From Promethearchaeota archaeon (GTDB lineage Archaea > Asgardarchaeota > Lokiarchaeia > Sigyniarchaeales > SOKP01): a stretch of DNA of 46,767 nt. Made by a program: the position numbers and the translations under genes. Location: contig JBHLME010000018.1 of assembly GCA_048938445.1 (NCBI GenBank), positions 1 through 46,767 of the forward strand. Direction: 5' to 3'. Every line of letters starts with the position of its first letter. Position 1 is the stretch's first letter. The notes below the pieces were generated by a model that did not search any database, had not been told where the DNA came from, and worked only from the letters and a program-made list of their open reading frames with translations. Positions 27,406-37,171 of this stretch are shown here, piece by piece.

Positions 27406-29769
27406 ATGGAATATGGAAATTTTTCTGACAAAAACAAAGAATTTTTAATTAAAAGACCAGATACGCCAACACCATGGATTAATTATCTTAACAATGGGAA
27501 ATATTGTGCAATGGTTTCAAATACAGGAGGGGGCTATAGTTTCTTTATCGATCCCAAAGAGAATCGAATACTACGATATAGATATAATAACTTACCTTTA
27601 GATCGACCAGGTAGATATGTGTATATTCGAGATGAGGAAAACGGAGAATATTGGTCCCCAACTTGGCAACCAACACAAACCAATTTAGATAATTATGAAT
27701 GTAAACATGGTTTAGGATATACGAATATTTCTTCAGAATACAACAAAATTAGAAGTGAAATTCTTTATTTTGTTCCTTCAGATGAGAATTTAGAGATCTG
27801 GAAATTAAAAATAAGCAATCTAAGTTCAAAAAAAAGAAACCTTAAAATATTTACTTATGCAGAATTTTGCCTAGGGGATGCAATTTCTGATCAGAGAGAT
27901 CTTCAATACATTCAAAATGTAGCTATAGCAAATTTTGATGAAAAGGATAATTCTATTTTTTATCATCTTTTTGATAAATCCAGGTTAATCACCTTTTTCT
28001 ATTCAAATGGTAATATTTCTAGTTATGATTGTGATAGAGATTCTTTCATAGGTAATTATCATACGGAATCTAATCCTCAATGTGTTGAAAATGGTTATTG
28101 TAACAATTCCCAAGCAATAGGAGGTAATCCTATAGCCGCAACATGTAATAAATTTACTTTAAATCCCAAAGAAACCAGAGAATTTATATTCTTATTAGGA
28201 ATTGCAAAAACTATACCCCAAGCAAAAGAAATGATTCATAAATTTGATAATAATGTGATTATTAAAGACTCCCTTAATAATTTAAAGCTAAAATGGAGGG
28301 AATTTTTAGATAAAAATCAAGTAGAAACTCCTGATGAAGGTTTTAATCAAATTATTAATACATGGAATCCTTACCAATGTAAAACTACTTTTGATTGGTC
28401 TCGTTATGTTTCTTTTTATGAAACTGGTATAGGTCGAGGTATAGGATTTCGTGATTTCAACCAAGATACATTAGGCGTGTGTTATGCTATTCCAGATAGA
28501 GTACGTGAAAGATTGTTAGAAATTGCCAAGACTCAATTTGAAAGTGGTAAAGTGTATCATAAATATTTTCCCCTCACGGGTATAGGCGATTTTCCTGACT
28601 ATGTTAATCCTCGAATGAAATTTTTTGGAGATGATCATTTATGGATGATATTTGCTGTAAATAATTACTTGAAAGAAACAGGAGATTTATCAATCTTAGA
28701 ACAAAAAGTTGATTTTGTTGAGGGTACTAAAGGAAGCTTGTACGAACATCTTAAGCGTGCCATTGATTTTACTGAGAATAACAAGGGTCCTCAAGGTTTC
28801 CCCCTAATAGGAACTGCAGATTGGAATGATTGCCTACAATTACATGGTCCTAATAAAGAGGGCGAAAGTGTGATGGTTGCTATGCAATTTCATAAAGCAC
28901 TACTAGAGATGAGTGAAATATCTAAAGAATTTAATTTTAAAAATGATGCAAAGAGTTTTCTAGAAATAGCAGAAAAAACCCGTACTCATATAAACTATAA
29001 AGCATGGGATAAAGAGTGGTATATTCGAGCAATAACAGATAATGGGAATATTATCGGTAGTAGAAAAAATGAAGAAGGGAAACTTTATCTTAATACACAA
29101 TCATGGGCGGTATTAAGTGGGGTTGCTCCCAAGGAACGAGCATTACAATGCATGAATTCTGTAAGAGAAAATTTAGTAACTAAATATGGAATAAAATTAT
29201 TTAATCCCCCTTATAGTCAATTTTATCCAGAATTAGGAGCAATAAGCTCGTTCCCTCCAGGCCTTAAAGAAAACGCTTCAATTTTCTGTCATACAAATCC
29301 TTGGGCAGAAATTGCAGAGTGTATTTTGGGAAGGGGAGATATAGCTTATGAGTATTATAATAAAATTAATCCTTGGTTCAAGAATAAAATTGCTGAAATA
29401 CATAAAGCAGAGCCTTATGTTTATTCTCAAATGATTACGGGTAATGATCATCCAGATCACGGACGTGCAAAGAACTCATGGTTAACTGGGACGGCATCTT
29501 GGACATTTAGAGCTGCAATGAATTGGATACTAGGGATAAGACCTGAATATCATGGATTAAGAGTTGATCCATGCATTCCAAAGTCTTGGGATGGATTTAG
29601 TATTATTCGTCATTTTAGAAAATCTATATATGAAATTCATATTGAAAATCCCCAACATGTTTCAAAAGGCATTCAAGAAATAACTATAAACGATAAGATT
29701 ATAGAAAATGAATTAATTCCGGTCTTTCAAGATGGACAAAAACACTTCATCAAGATTATGATGGGATAG
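27406..29769 (+). CDS. Second GH94 glycoside phosphorylase (cellobiose/chitobiose/cellodextrin phosphorylase-like)
   Basis: Start reassigned to MEYGNF at 27406, matching MKYGFF of the paralog. GFRD, DWNDCL and DHPDHGRAKNSWLTGT motifs. Confidence 0.9.
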   Translation: MEYGNFSDKNKEFLIKRPDTPTPWINYLNNGKYCAMVSNTGGGYSFFIDPKENRILRYRYNNLPLDRPGRYVYIRDEENGEYWSPTWQPTQTNLDNYECKHGLGYTNISSEYNKIRSEILYFVPSDENLEIWKLKISNLSSKKRNLKIFTYAEFCLGDAISDQRDLQYIQNVAIANFDEKDNSIFYHLFDKSRLITFFYSNGNISSYDCDRDSFIGNYHTESNPQCVENGYCNNSQAIGGNPIAATCNKFTLNPKETREFIFLLGIAKTIPQAKEMIHKFDNNVIIKDSLNNLKLKWREFLDKNQVETPDEGFNQIINTWNPYQCKTTFDWSRYVSFYETGIGRGIGFRDFNQDTLGVCYAIPDRVRERLLEIAKTQFESGKVYHKYFPLTGIGDFPDYVNPRMKFFGDDHLWMIFAVNNYLKETGDLSILEQKVDFVEGTKGSLYEHLKRAIDFTENNKGPQGFPLIGTADWNDCLQLHGPNKEGESVMVAMQFHKALLEMSEISKEFNFKNDAKSFLEIAEKTRTHINYKAWDKEWYIRAITDNGNIIGSRKNEEGKLYLNTQSWAVLSGVAPKERALQCMNSVRENLVTKYGIKLFNPPYSQFYPELGAISSFPPGLKENASIFCHTNPWAEIAECILGRGDIAYEYYNKINPWFKNKIAEIHKAEPYVYSQMITGNDHPDHGRAKNSWLTGTASWTFRAAMNWILGIRPEYHGLRVDPCIPKSWDGFSIIRHFRKSIYEIHIENPQHVSKGIQEITINDKIIENELIPVFQDGQKHFIKIMMG

Positions 29770-30038
29770 TTCAATAATTTCATTGGGTTATAAGTTATTT
29801 TATACATTATTTAATCTTCATTTTCATTCCAATGGATTATAATAAATACCAAGAATTAATATTAAATTATAGTAAATGTAAAAAATCATGATTAATACGT
29901 AAACCTATCGAACTCTGTATTTTTTCATACCCCATCAATTGTTCGAGACTGATCGAAGTGGAGTTAATTTTTAAATACATAAATATAGACAATGGAGGAT
30001 TTTGATAATCTTTAATATCAAATAAATAGGTGAATTCA

Positions 30039-30572
30039 ATGAAGCACGTCTTCAAAATACTTATATTAGGGGATGGTGGTGTTGGAAAAACAACCTTATT
30101 ACATAGATTTGTAGAGGGAGAATTCATTGATACGGCAACGATGACAATTGGAGTTCAAGTTCGTGCTAAAGAGCTTAAAATATCATCTGATACGTGTCAA
30201 ATACTATTGTGGGATGTTACTGGTCAAGAGAGATTTCGTTTCATGATAGAGGAATATTTCAAGGGAGCCCTTGGAGCATTGATTCTTTTTGATATCACAA
30301 ACATGAAGAGTTTCGTAAATATTGAAAAATGGATGACATTATTAGGTAAATTTTATGATGATTTACCTGTGATACTCGTTGCAGCTAAATATGATCTGGA
30401 AGAATTTTCCATGGTTGGAGATCTTTACGCAAGAAAAATACAAGAAAAATTAGGTTTTGATGATTATATAAAGACATCTGCAAAATCCGGAATGAATGTA
30501 GAAAAACCATTTAAGAAAATAGCTAAGCTAATCTTAAATTCAGAAGCAAATCTTTTTAAAAGTGCTACATGA
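30039..30572 (+). CDS. Rab-like small GTPase
   Basis: G1 GDGGVGKT, G2 TIG, G3 WDVTGQERF, G4 AKYD, G5 TSAK. An AGGTGA SD-like sequence precedes ATG 30039. Confidence 0.93.
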   Translation: MKHVFKILILGDGGVGKTTLLHRFVEGEFIDTATMTIGVQVRAKELKISSDTCQILLWDVTGQERFRFMIEEYFKGALGALILFDITNMKSFVNIEKWMTLLGKFYDDLPVILVAAKYDLEEFSMVGDLYARKIQEKLGFDDYIKTSAKSGMNVEKPFKKIAKLILNSEANLFKSAT

Positions 30573-30708
30573 ATTAGAATTGCCTTTTTTCGAGGTTAAT
30601 AGGTTCTCATTCCGTTCCATTATCTAATTAAGATAAAAATCTAATAATTTTTAAAAAAATAATAAAAAAAGTAATAAAATTAAAAAAGAAATTTAACTAA
30701 TTAATAGC

Positions 30709-30963
30709 TTAAATTCCCCCTGCTTGCGTTGCCATTACGGTGATTACATCTTTTTTTGGGTGGATCCCTATCTTTGCAAATTTTAAATTATCTGGTAAAA
30801 CCTTACCTTTAAAGATAAATTGAATAGCTAAAATTGGGTTAAGCTTATATTGTTTTTGAACCTCTTTTTTGATTTCAGCAATCGAAAAGTTTGGATCAAC
30901 TTCGATGAGCTTAATGGCTTGGTCAGGAGGAACTCCTGTAAGCCTAAATCGATATTGAGTCAT
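30709..30963 (-). CDS. Ubiquitin-like protein ending in GG-I
   Basis: Ub-like pattern IEVDP..SIAEIKKEV, FIFKGKVLPD and C-terminal AGGI. Confidence 0.85.
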   Translation of the reverse strand: MTQYRFRLTGVPPDQAIKLIEVDPNFSIAEIKKEVQKQYKLNPILAIQFIFKGKVLPDNLKFAKIGIHPKKDVITVMATQAGGI

Positions 30964-31098
30964 ATTATATTTTCACTTCTTATATATTTAATTAAATTAT
31001 ATATATTCTCATAATAAAAAATCGATATATTAAGGATTGGCGTATATCAGACTATACTTAGGTTTATCTAGTTTTAATTGAGAATAATCCTTAATTTT

Positions 31099-31275
31099 TT
31101 AAAATCTAAAAGGTTCTGGTCTTGGACCAGGTGTTGGTGGCATTGGAGGGGGCCCTGGTGCTGGAGGTCCTCTATTTAGGAGTCGTTCGATTGAAGAAAG
31201 TCGTCGTTCTATTTCTGTTAATCTATTTTCAATTGATACTAACTTTTCCATTATGTTTGGGTTAATTATTGACAT
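31099..31275 (-). CDS. 58-aa coiled-coil/polyproline microprotein (absent from ORF track)
   Basis: Manual translation: MSIINPNIMEKLVSIENRLTEIERRLSSIERLLNRGPPAPGPPPMPPTPGPRPEPFRF*. GC-rich coding-like patch inside an AT-rich gap. Confidence 0.75.
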   Translation of the reverse strand: MSIINPNIMEKLVSIENRLTEIERRLSSIERLLNRGPPAPGPPPMPPTPGPRPEPFRF

Positions 31276-31539
31276 TCTATTATAATATATTTTTTATTTT
31301 TAATTTAAGTTCAATTAGAGATGAATGGTAAAATTCCTTAAATCATCTTCGAAGTTATTAGTACACATGCAATATTTAAATTTTGCTCTGGTTTGGGAAA
31401 AATTTCAATGTTATTAGAATTACTGAATGCTAATTTGTAATTTTAAACTATATGTAGAATCATAGTTTTTAATAAAAAAAAAAGTCTAAGTATAGTCAAA
31501 AAGTATAAACTTATATTGAGAATTATCTATTATTATCAT

Positions 31540-32784
31540 ATGGCAACATGGAACATATCAGAGAAACTGAAAAAAAAAATAATAAATGATGTGAAGAATA
31601 TAGAGAGCAATGATGCTCGCTTTTTATATTTACTTAGAAATTTAGGACCACAACAGTTTGAAAATCTGGTAAAATATTCAGGATTATCAAGATCCACGGT
31701 CTCAAAATATTTAAAACTTCATGAAAAACAAAATAATATTACAAAAAAGCTTTTTGAGGGGAAACAAAAATATTGTATTACTGAGCAAGGAGTTGAGAAA
31801 CTAAACGAAGCTCCGCGCGCAGAAGGTATTTTTTTTAATGAAATAACAAATCATTTATCCAAATTATCTGAGATGTATAAATATTATAAAAGTATCGCTG
31901 TTGATGATTCTATTATATTTCAAATAATCCGACTCGTTTCAAATATAGGAGATAATTTTTATATTATTGAACAAAATGAAGATCTATTTTTAACGCTTTT
32001 TTATATTTTTCTAAATTCAGTTCTAACACCGGAATATAAATTTGAGATGGATTCATTCTGTAAGCATTATAAGATTAAAAGATTGCGTATAAATTTTTAT
32101 GTTGACAAGATGATGTCAAGTAAGTTAGGTTTTTTCTTATTTAGACGAAGGAGTGAAGAAGGGGATGATCTTTTCTTTTTTCATGAAGAGGACATTTTGG
32201 GGACGACAACCTTACGATTAGTTAAAGATAAATTGATGGAAGAAATCATTCACTTCAATATGAGTGGGCAACAAATAAGCCATGATTTTGATAAGATTTT
32301 ATACGATTTGGATAAAATGGCAGAAGATATCTCTGAAAAGCTGATAAAAATGGATTTAATTTGGGAACGAATTAAAATTCCATTTGAAATGCTCATTGAA
32401 AAAATAATGGTTAAAATGGCTATTGATATGGGAATTTCAAAAATAACATTAATGGACATAGTGCTCCAATCTGAAAAATTATCTAGTTCAATAGAAGGAG
32501 TCAAATCATTGTTTAATATCATTGAAGGCTCTGAAAAGTATGAGGATTTAAACCTCGTGTCAATTTCTGAATCTCAAGAAATTATTATAGAGGATATTTT
32601 AGAACGAGTACAAGGATTTTGTCCTAATTGTGGTAAAAGTATATTAAAACAAGACTTTTCAAAAGTTTGCCCTAAATGCGAAACATCATATGAACCAGAA
32701 TCTCTATTAAAAAGCATAGATGATGCCGCGGGAGTAAGTGTGAAATATAAGCATCTGATTTACTCAAGTTTTCAAGAAGAATAA
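31540..32784 (+). CDS. wHTH regulator with C-terminal zinc ribbon
   Basis: SGLSRSTVSKYLK...YCITEQG wHTH and CPNC...CPKC. ATG 31540 preferred over TTG 31516. Confidence 0.78.
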   Translation: MATWNISEKLKKKIINDVKNIESNDARFLYLLRNLGPQQFENLVKYSGLSRSTVSKYLKLHEKQNNITKKLFEGKQKYCITEQGVEKLNEAPRAEGIFFNEITNHLSKLSEMYKYYKSIAVDDSIIFQIIRLVSNIGDNFYIIEQNEDLFLTLFYIFLNSVLTPEYKFEMDSFCKHYKIKRLRINFYVDKMMSSKLGFFLFRRRSEEGDDLFFFHEEDILGTTTLRLVKDKLMEEIIHFNMSGQQISHDFDKILYDLDKMAEDISEKLIKMDLIWERIKIPFEMLIEKIMVKMAIDMGISKITLMDIVLQSEKLSSSIEGVKSLFNIIEGSEKYEDLNLVSISESQEIIIEDILERVQGFCPNCGKSILKQDFSKVCPKCETSYEPESLLKSIDDAAGVSVKYKHLIYSSFQEE

Positions 32785-32855
32785 TGCCAAAAGACTCATA
32801 TTATATCCATTCTTTTTTTTAATATAGAAATCTTTTTACTAAATTAGTTGTTAAA

Positions 32856-33056
32856 ATGTCCTTAACTGGAATTTGCTCGATTTGTGGGATTAAAACTGAT
32901 GTATATAGATGTTCCAATGAAGAATGTAAAAAGTTAGTGTGCTTGGACTGTTCAAATGATTATATCTTGCCTTTAATTGATTTTTATAAAAATTTACCAG
33001 TCTTTCCATTATTAAAATGCCCAAGTTGTGGTATGGATTTAATTCGTACTATATGA
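32856..33056 (+). CDS. Small 8-Cys RING-like zinc finger protein
   Basis: C-x2-C-x8-C-x4-C-x4-C-x2-C-x22-C-x2-C. Confidence 0.7.
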   Translation: MSLTGICSICGIKTDVYRCSNEECKKLVCLDCSNDYILPLIDFYKNLPVFPLLKCPSCGMDLIRTI

Positions 33057-33070
33057 AATCCAAATTCTGT

Positions 33071-34015
33071 TTAAGAGTATTGGAGCATTTTTTCAATTGG
33101 AACAAGAGCTTTTTCAGCAATTTCACGAGGTACTTTCACTTCAAAAGACTTGTCATCTAAATTTTCCAGCACGTATTTCATTAGTTCAATTGTATTTTTT
33201 TTCATGTTATAGCATACTAACTTATCGCTTAATAAAGAAAATCTTTTTTCGGGAAAATCTTCGATCATACGTTCCATAAGACCAACTTCTGTACCTATAA
33301 CAAATTCATGTTGATCCTTAAGGTTGTCCTTAACAAAATTATACATTTGAGCAGTTGATCCTACAAAATCTACCGATTCTCTTACAACTCTCACGCATTC
33401 AGGATGTACCAAGATATTTGCATTAGGATAGTTTTCTCGTGCTTTATTAATATCCTCTATATTTAATCGTGAATGAACAATACAATGTCCATTTGCGGGC
33501 ATTTTAATCGTTTTAATTCCTGATTTTTGTTCCGTAAAGTCGGCTAAGTTTGCATCCGGTCCAAATAATACTTCGCTTGTATTGTTTTCTTTGGAGATTT
33601 TTTTAACAATTTTCACAGCATTTGATGACGTACAACAAATATCGGATTCAGACTTTACTGCTGCCGTGCTATTTACGTATACAACAACAGGTACACCTGG
33701 ATATTGCTTTTTGAACTCTTTTACTTTTTCTGGTGTTAGAAATGCTGCCATTGGACACAATGATTCAGGATTTGGAATCAAAACTTTTTTATCTTGATTT
33801 AAAATAGATGCGGTTTCAGCCATGAATTTAACACCTGCAAATAAAATATATTCAGTATTAGCTTCATTTTTAGCCTTCTGAGATAAACCAAGAGAATCTC
33901 CTAAAAAGTCTGCTACTTGCTGAATTTCCATTGGTTGATAATAATGTGCAAGTATCGTTACATCATTTTTATTCTTTAACTCTATAATTTCTTCCTGTAA
34001 TTTTGTTAGGGTCAA
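33071..34015 (-). CDS. nadA: Quinolinate synthase
   Basis: ILAHYYQ, GDSL, FMAETA, CPMA, YVNS, CTSSNA, CIVH, HPEC and GTE motifs. Confidence 0.96.
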   Translation of the reverse strand: MTLTKLQEEIIELKNKNDVTILAHYYQPMEIQQVADFLGDSLGLSQKAKNEANTEYILFAGVKFMAETASILNQDKKVLIPNPESLCPMAAFLTPEKVKEFKKQYPGVPVVVYVNSTAAVKSESDICCTSSNAVKIVKKISKENNTSEVLFGPDANLADFTEQKSGIKTIKMPANGHCIVHSRLNIEDINKARENYPNANILVHPECVRVVRESVDFVGSTAQMYNFVKDNLKDQHEFVIGTEVGLMERMIEDFPEKRFSLLSDKLVCYNMKKNTIELMKYVLENLDDKSFEVKVPREIAEKALVPIEKMLQYS

Positions 34016-34204
34016 TATTATCGTTTGATTTATATCTAATTCTATTGTATCATAATAAAGATTATAAGATATTAAATTCTCTGTTTATCTTTTTAAGCTT
34101 TTATCTTTATCAACAAGAAGTAAAACTCTACTATAAAGTGATTTTAAAGAATAATAGATTAGCGAATTAAATTATAATTATCACAAATTTATTTTATAGA
34201 AGAT

Positions 34205-35725
34205 TCAATGAATTAATTTTGTGAGATGATTCTCAATAGGTTTCTTATTTTGAAATGCTGGATAATATTCTAATTCAGTTCGATATATTCTACTAATTTT
34301 TTTTAATTTTTTTATTATTGAGCGAAATCCAATACTCCGGTATATATTATTAAACATCTTCCTGATTCTATATCTTTTTGTTCTTAAATTTTCTTTATGA
34401 AAATTTTGTATATCTCGTAAAAATTGCTTTAAAATCGAACTCCATGAATAAAATTTATCATATGCCCAAAGAATCCCTTCAAATAGTTGACTAGCAGTCA
34501 TATTTTTTGGTTCTACTATTACATGGTTTCCATCATATAGATCAATATCATCGTTAATTAAACGATTTTTATCAAGATTCTTAAAAAATGAAGTTCCCGG
34601 TAAAGGTGTAATAATAAGAAATTGAACACTCTCAATCGCATTGTCTTTACAAAATTTAACAGTCTTTTCGAAAACTGAATTATCATCATTATCTAGACCA
34701 AGAATAAACATGGCATGGATGGGAATACCATTATTATGGAATACTTTTATTGCATTTTTATATACTTCTAAAGTAGTTTTTTTTTCTATTTCATTAAGAG
34801 AATTTTGATTTACTGATTCAAAACCAATAAATACACGTCTACAACCTGCTAAAGCCATCTCTTTTATAAAACTCTCATCAGTGGCAATATCTGCTCTAAC
34901 TTGTGCAAGCCATATAAATTTATGATCAAGTTCTTTTATTTTTGAAAATAGCATCAAAGCTCGTTTCTTATCAACGCAAAAATTATCATCCAAAAAGAAA
35001 ACATATTTTCGCAAATATTGATTTATTGCTTTGATAGTTTGTTCAATTGAGAATAAACGGTATTTTCTTCCATACATTTCTGTAACACAACAGAATGTGC
35101 AACCAAATGGGCAACCCAATGAAGTCAATATAGGTGCAATTTTAATTCTTTTATTATTAACAACTACGCTTAAATCTGGTATCAACAATTTTGTTAAATC
35201 ATCTATACGTTTTGTCTTAACTATTTTTTCTTTAAATTTTCCTTCTATAAGGTCTAGTATTATCTCCTCTCCTTCTCCAATACATAAATAATCACAATAT
35301 GGGAGCCCTTCATTAGGATTCATAGAGGGGTGAATACCTCCAATTATCACTTTTCCGTCTGGTCGATATTTTTTATACTGGTCAGCTAAAAAATATCCAC
35401 GTTTAGCTGTTTGTGTTAAGAGGGAAAATATTAAAATATCTACCGATTTTAAAATTTTTTCGGGAATATCTTTTTTAGCTAAGTTTTCATGATACATGAT
35501 TGCGTTATAACCATGTTGTCTTAAAATAGTAGTCATGCGAAGTGGACCTAATAACGGATATTTCATAACATTTGAAAAGATATTTGCTTTTGCACCCCGA
35601 GGTTCTAAGAATAAAATTTTTTTTGATTTTAAATACTTACTTGGATATTGACTCTTATTGACCTTGGGTTTTGGAGAAATACCTTTTAACCAATCTAAAA
35701 TCAATTTTGATTTTAAAACATTCAT
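34205..35725 (-). CDS. B12-binding domain radical SAM protein
   Basis: GGIHPS, GEGE, GCPFGCTFC, DDNF and GFES motifs. Confidence 0.92.
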   Translation of the reverse strand: MNVLKSKLILDWLKGISPKPKVNKSQYPSKYLKSKKILFLEPRGAKANIFSNVMKYPLLGPLRMTTILRQHGYNAIMYHENLAKKDIPEKILKSVDILIFSLLTQTAKRGYFLADQYKKYRPDGKVIIGGIHPSMNPNEGLPYCDYLCIGEGEEIILDLIEGKFKEKIVKTKRIDDLTKLLIPDLSVVVNNKRIKIAPILTSLGCPFGCTFCCVTEMYGRKYRLFSIEQTIKAINQYLRKYVFFLDDNFCVDKKRALMLFSKIKELDHKFIWLAQVRADIATDESFIKEMALAGCRRVFIGFESVNQNSLNEIEKKTTLEVYKNAIKVFHNNGIPIHAMFILGLDNDDNSVFEKTVKFCKDNAIESVQFLIITPLPGTSFFKNLDKNRLINDDIDLYDGNHVIVEPKNMTASQLFEGILWAYDKFYSWSSILKQFLRDIQNFHKENLRTKRYRIRKMFNNIYRSIGFRSIIKKLKKISRIYRTELEYYPAFQNKKPIENHLTKLIH

Positions 35726-35749
35726 TTCTCATTCTCTTTAAGTTTGTAT

Positions 35750-35763
35750 TAAGTGTACACTTA
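35750..35763. promoter_or_regulatory. 14-bp perfect palindrome upstream of the radical SAM gene
   Basis: TAAGTGTACACTTA; the GTGTACAC core recurs at 35834-35841. Confidence 0.45.
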
Positions 35764-35893
35764 TTTTTTATCTATAAAAACTTTTAGTTGGAAACCTAGT
35801 TGATTTACGGGAGTATTTTATAATTAAATTATGGTGTACACAATCTTTCCACGTTAAAAATTAGATCTATAGATAAATTTAAGAAATTAAAGG

Positions 35894-37027
35894 TTATTCT
35901 GGTATTTCGGGAATTAATAATACAAAATTACTCCCTTGTGAATAATCTCCTTCAATACGATCCTCAATCCAAATTTTTCCTTTATATGTTTGAATAATTT
36001 TCTTTACGAGGGATAATCCAAAACCTAGACCTTTACTGTCTTTATTCTTATTAAATGTCTCAAAAACGATTTCTTTCCTATTATCTTGAATACCAATACC
36101 ATTATCTTTAAATTCTATTTTTATAAAATTATTATCTTGGTCCCTTGAAATTTTTATAAATATAGTTAAAACTTTTTTTTCACAATATTGTACGGCGTTA
36201 ATTAATACATTATCAAATATATCTGCTAATAATTCATTCGCTTTAACATAAATTATTTCCTTTGGAATGTCCAATTTTACATAAATCTCTCTCTCTTGAT
36301 ACTTTTCATTTAAATGATCCAAACTATTGTGTAATACTTTATTTATATTAATTTTCTTTAATGTTATCTCAGAATCTTCTATTTGCGATAACTTTCCAGC
36401 ATTTTGAACCAATTTTATTCCTCTTTTAACATTTTTAACTATAATTTGTATCATTTCTTTCTTATCATTAGAATCGGGAGACATTTGACATATTTCTGCT
36501 GAAGATTGAATTATTTGAAGAATATTATTAATATCATGAATTATGATGTCCTTAAATAAGTTTGCTCTATTAAATGCATCTTTATATTTTTGTTCAGATT
36601 TTTTTAATCTTTTTTCTGCTCGTTTTAACTGCGTAACATCACGAGCTAGTCCATTAAAACCAATAATTTCTTTTGATTTTGAATATCTTAAATATACAGA
36701 TGTTTCTATCATAACTGTTTTATTAAATCTGTTTTTAAAAACAACTAGGACCGTTGCTTTATCAGTTTTAGATTTATATACCTTATTGAATTCTTGAAAT
36801 ATCGATTTTTTATTTTCTTCATCAGTAAAATCACCATAATTCAGATGTAACAATTCTTCCCTTGAGTATTGAATGATATTACAAAAACCATCATTTACAT
36901 ATAAAAAATTACCATTTAAATCAACTTCAAAATACCCCTCTTTAATATTTTCGAGGATATTGCGATATCTTTCTAATTCTTGTTCTAATTCCTCATAGCG
37001 TTCTAATAAATCTTCTTTAGAATCCAT
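35894..37027 (-). CDS. PAS-domain sensor histidine kinase
   Basis: PAS (EVDLNGNFLYVN, GLARDVT), H-box HDINN, N-box NA, DNGIG and GLGFGL. Confidence 0.92.
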   Translation of the reverse strand: MDSKEDLLERYEELEQELERYRNILENIKEGYFEVDLNGNFLYVNDGFCNIIQYSREELLHLNYGDFTDEENKKSIFQEFNKVYKSKTDKATVLVVFKNRFNKTVMIETSVYLRYSKSKEIIGFNGLARDVTQLKRAEKRLKKSEQKYKDAFNRANLFKDIIIHDINNILQIIQSSAEICQMSPDSNDKKEMIQIIVKNVKRGIKLVQNAGKLSQIEDSEITLKKININKVLHNSLDHLNEKYQEREIYVKLDIPKEIIYVKANELLADIFDNVLINAVQYCEKKVLTIFIKISRDQDNNFIKIEFKDNGIGIQDNRKEIVFETFNKNKDSKGLGFGLSLVKKIIQTYKGKIWIEDRIEGDYSQGSNFVLLIPEIPE

Positions 37028-37171
37028 ACTGCAGTTTTACTTTTTTATATTTGTTTTTGATAAATATCTTTAATTTCTATACATTTTGCTCTTTAATTTC
37101 ACACTACTTATCTATATATAAAAAAAATTAAGACTTAATTTTTAAAAAGTATGTTTATAATTTAAAGAGTA

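Noticed and set aside
29867-30127. 86-aa minus-strand ORF
   Set aside because: Antisense shadow of the GTPase P-loop region with no recognisable motif.
30570-30600. Selenocysteine readthrough at TGA stops (GTPase, PHP, URO-D-like, V4R)
   Set aside because: The proteins are complete at the TGA, the codons are not at redox-motif positions, and no SECIS-like hairpin was recognised.
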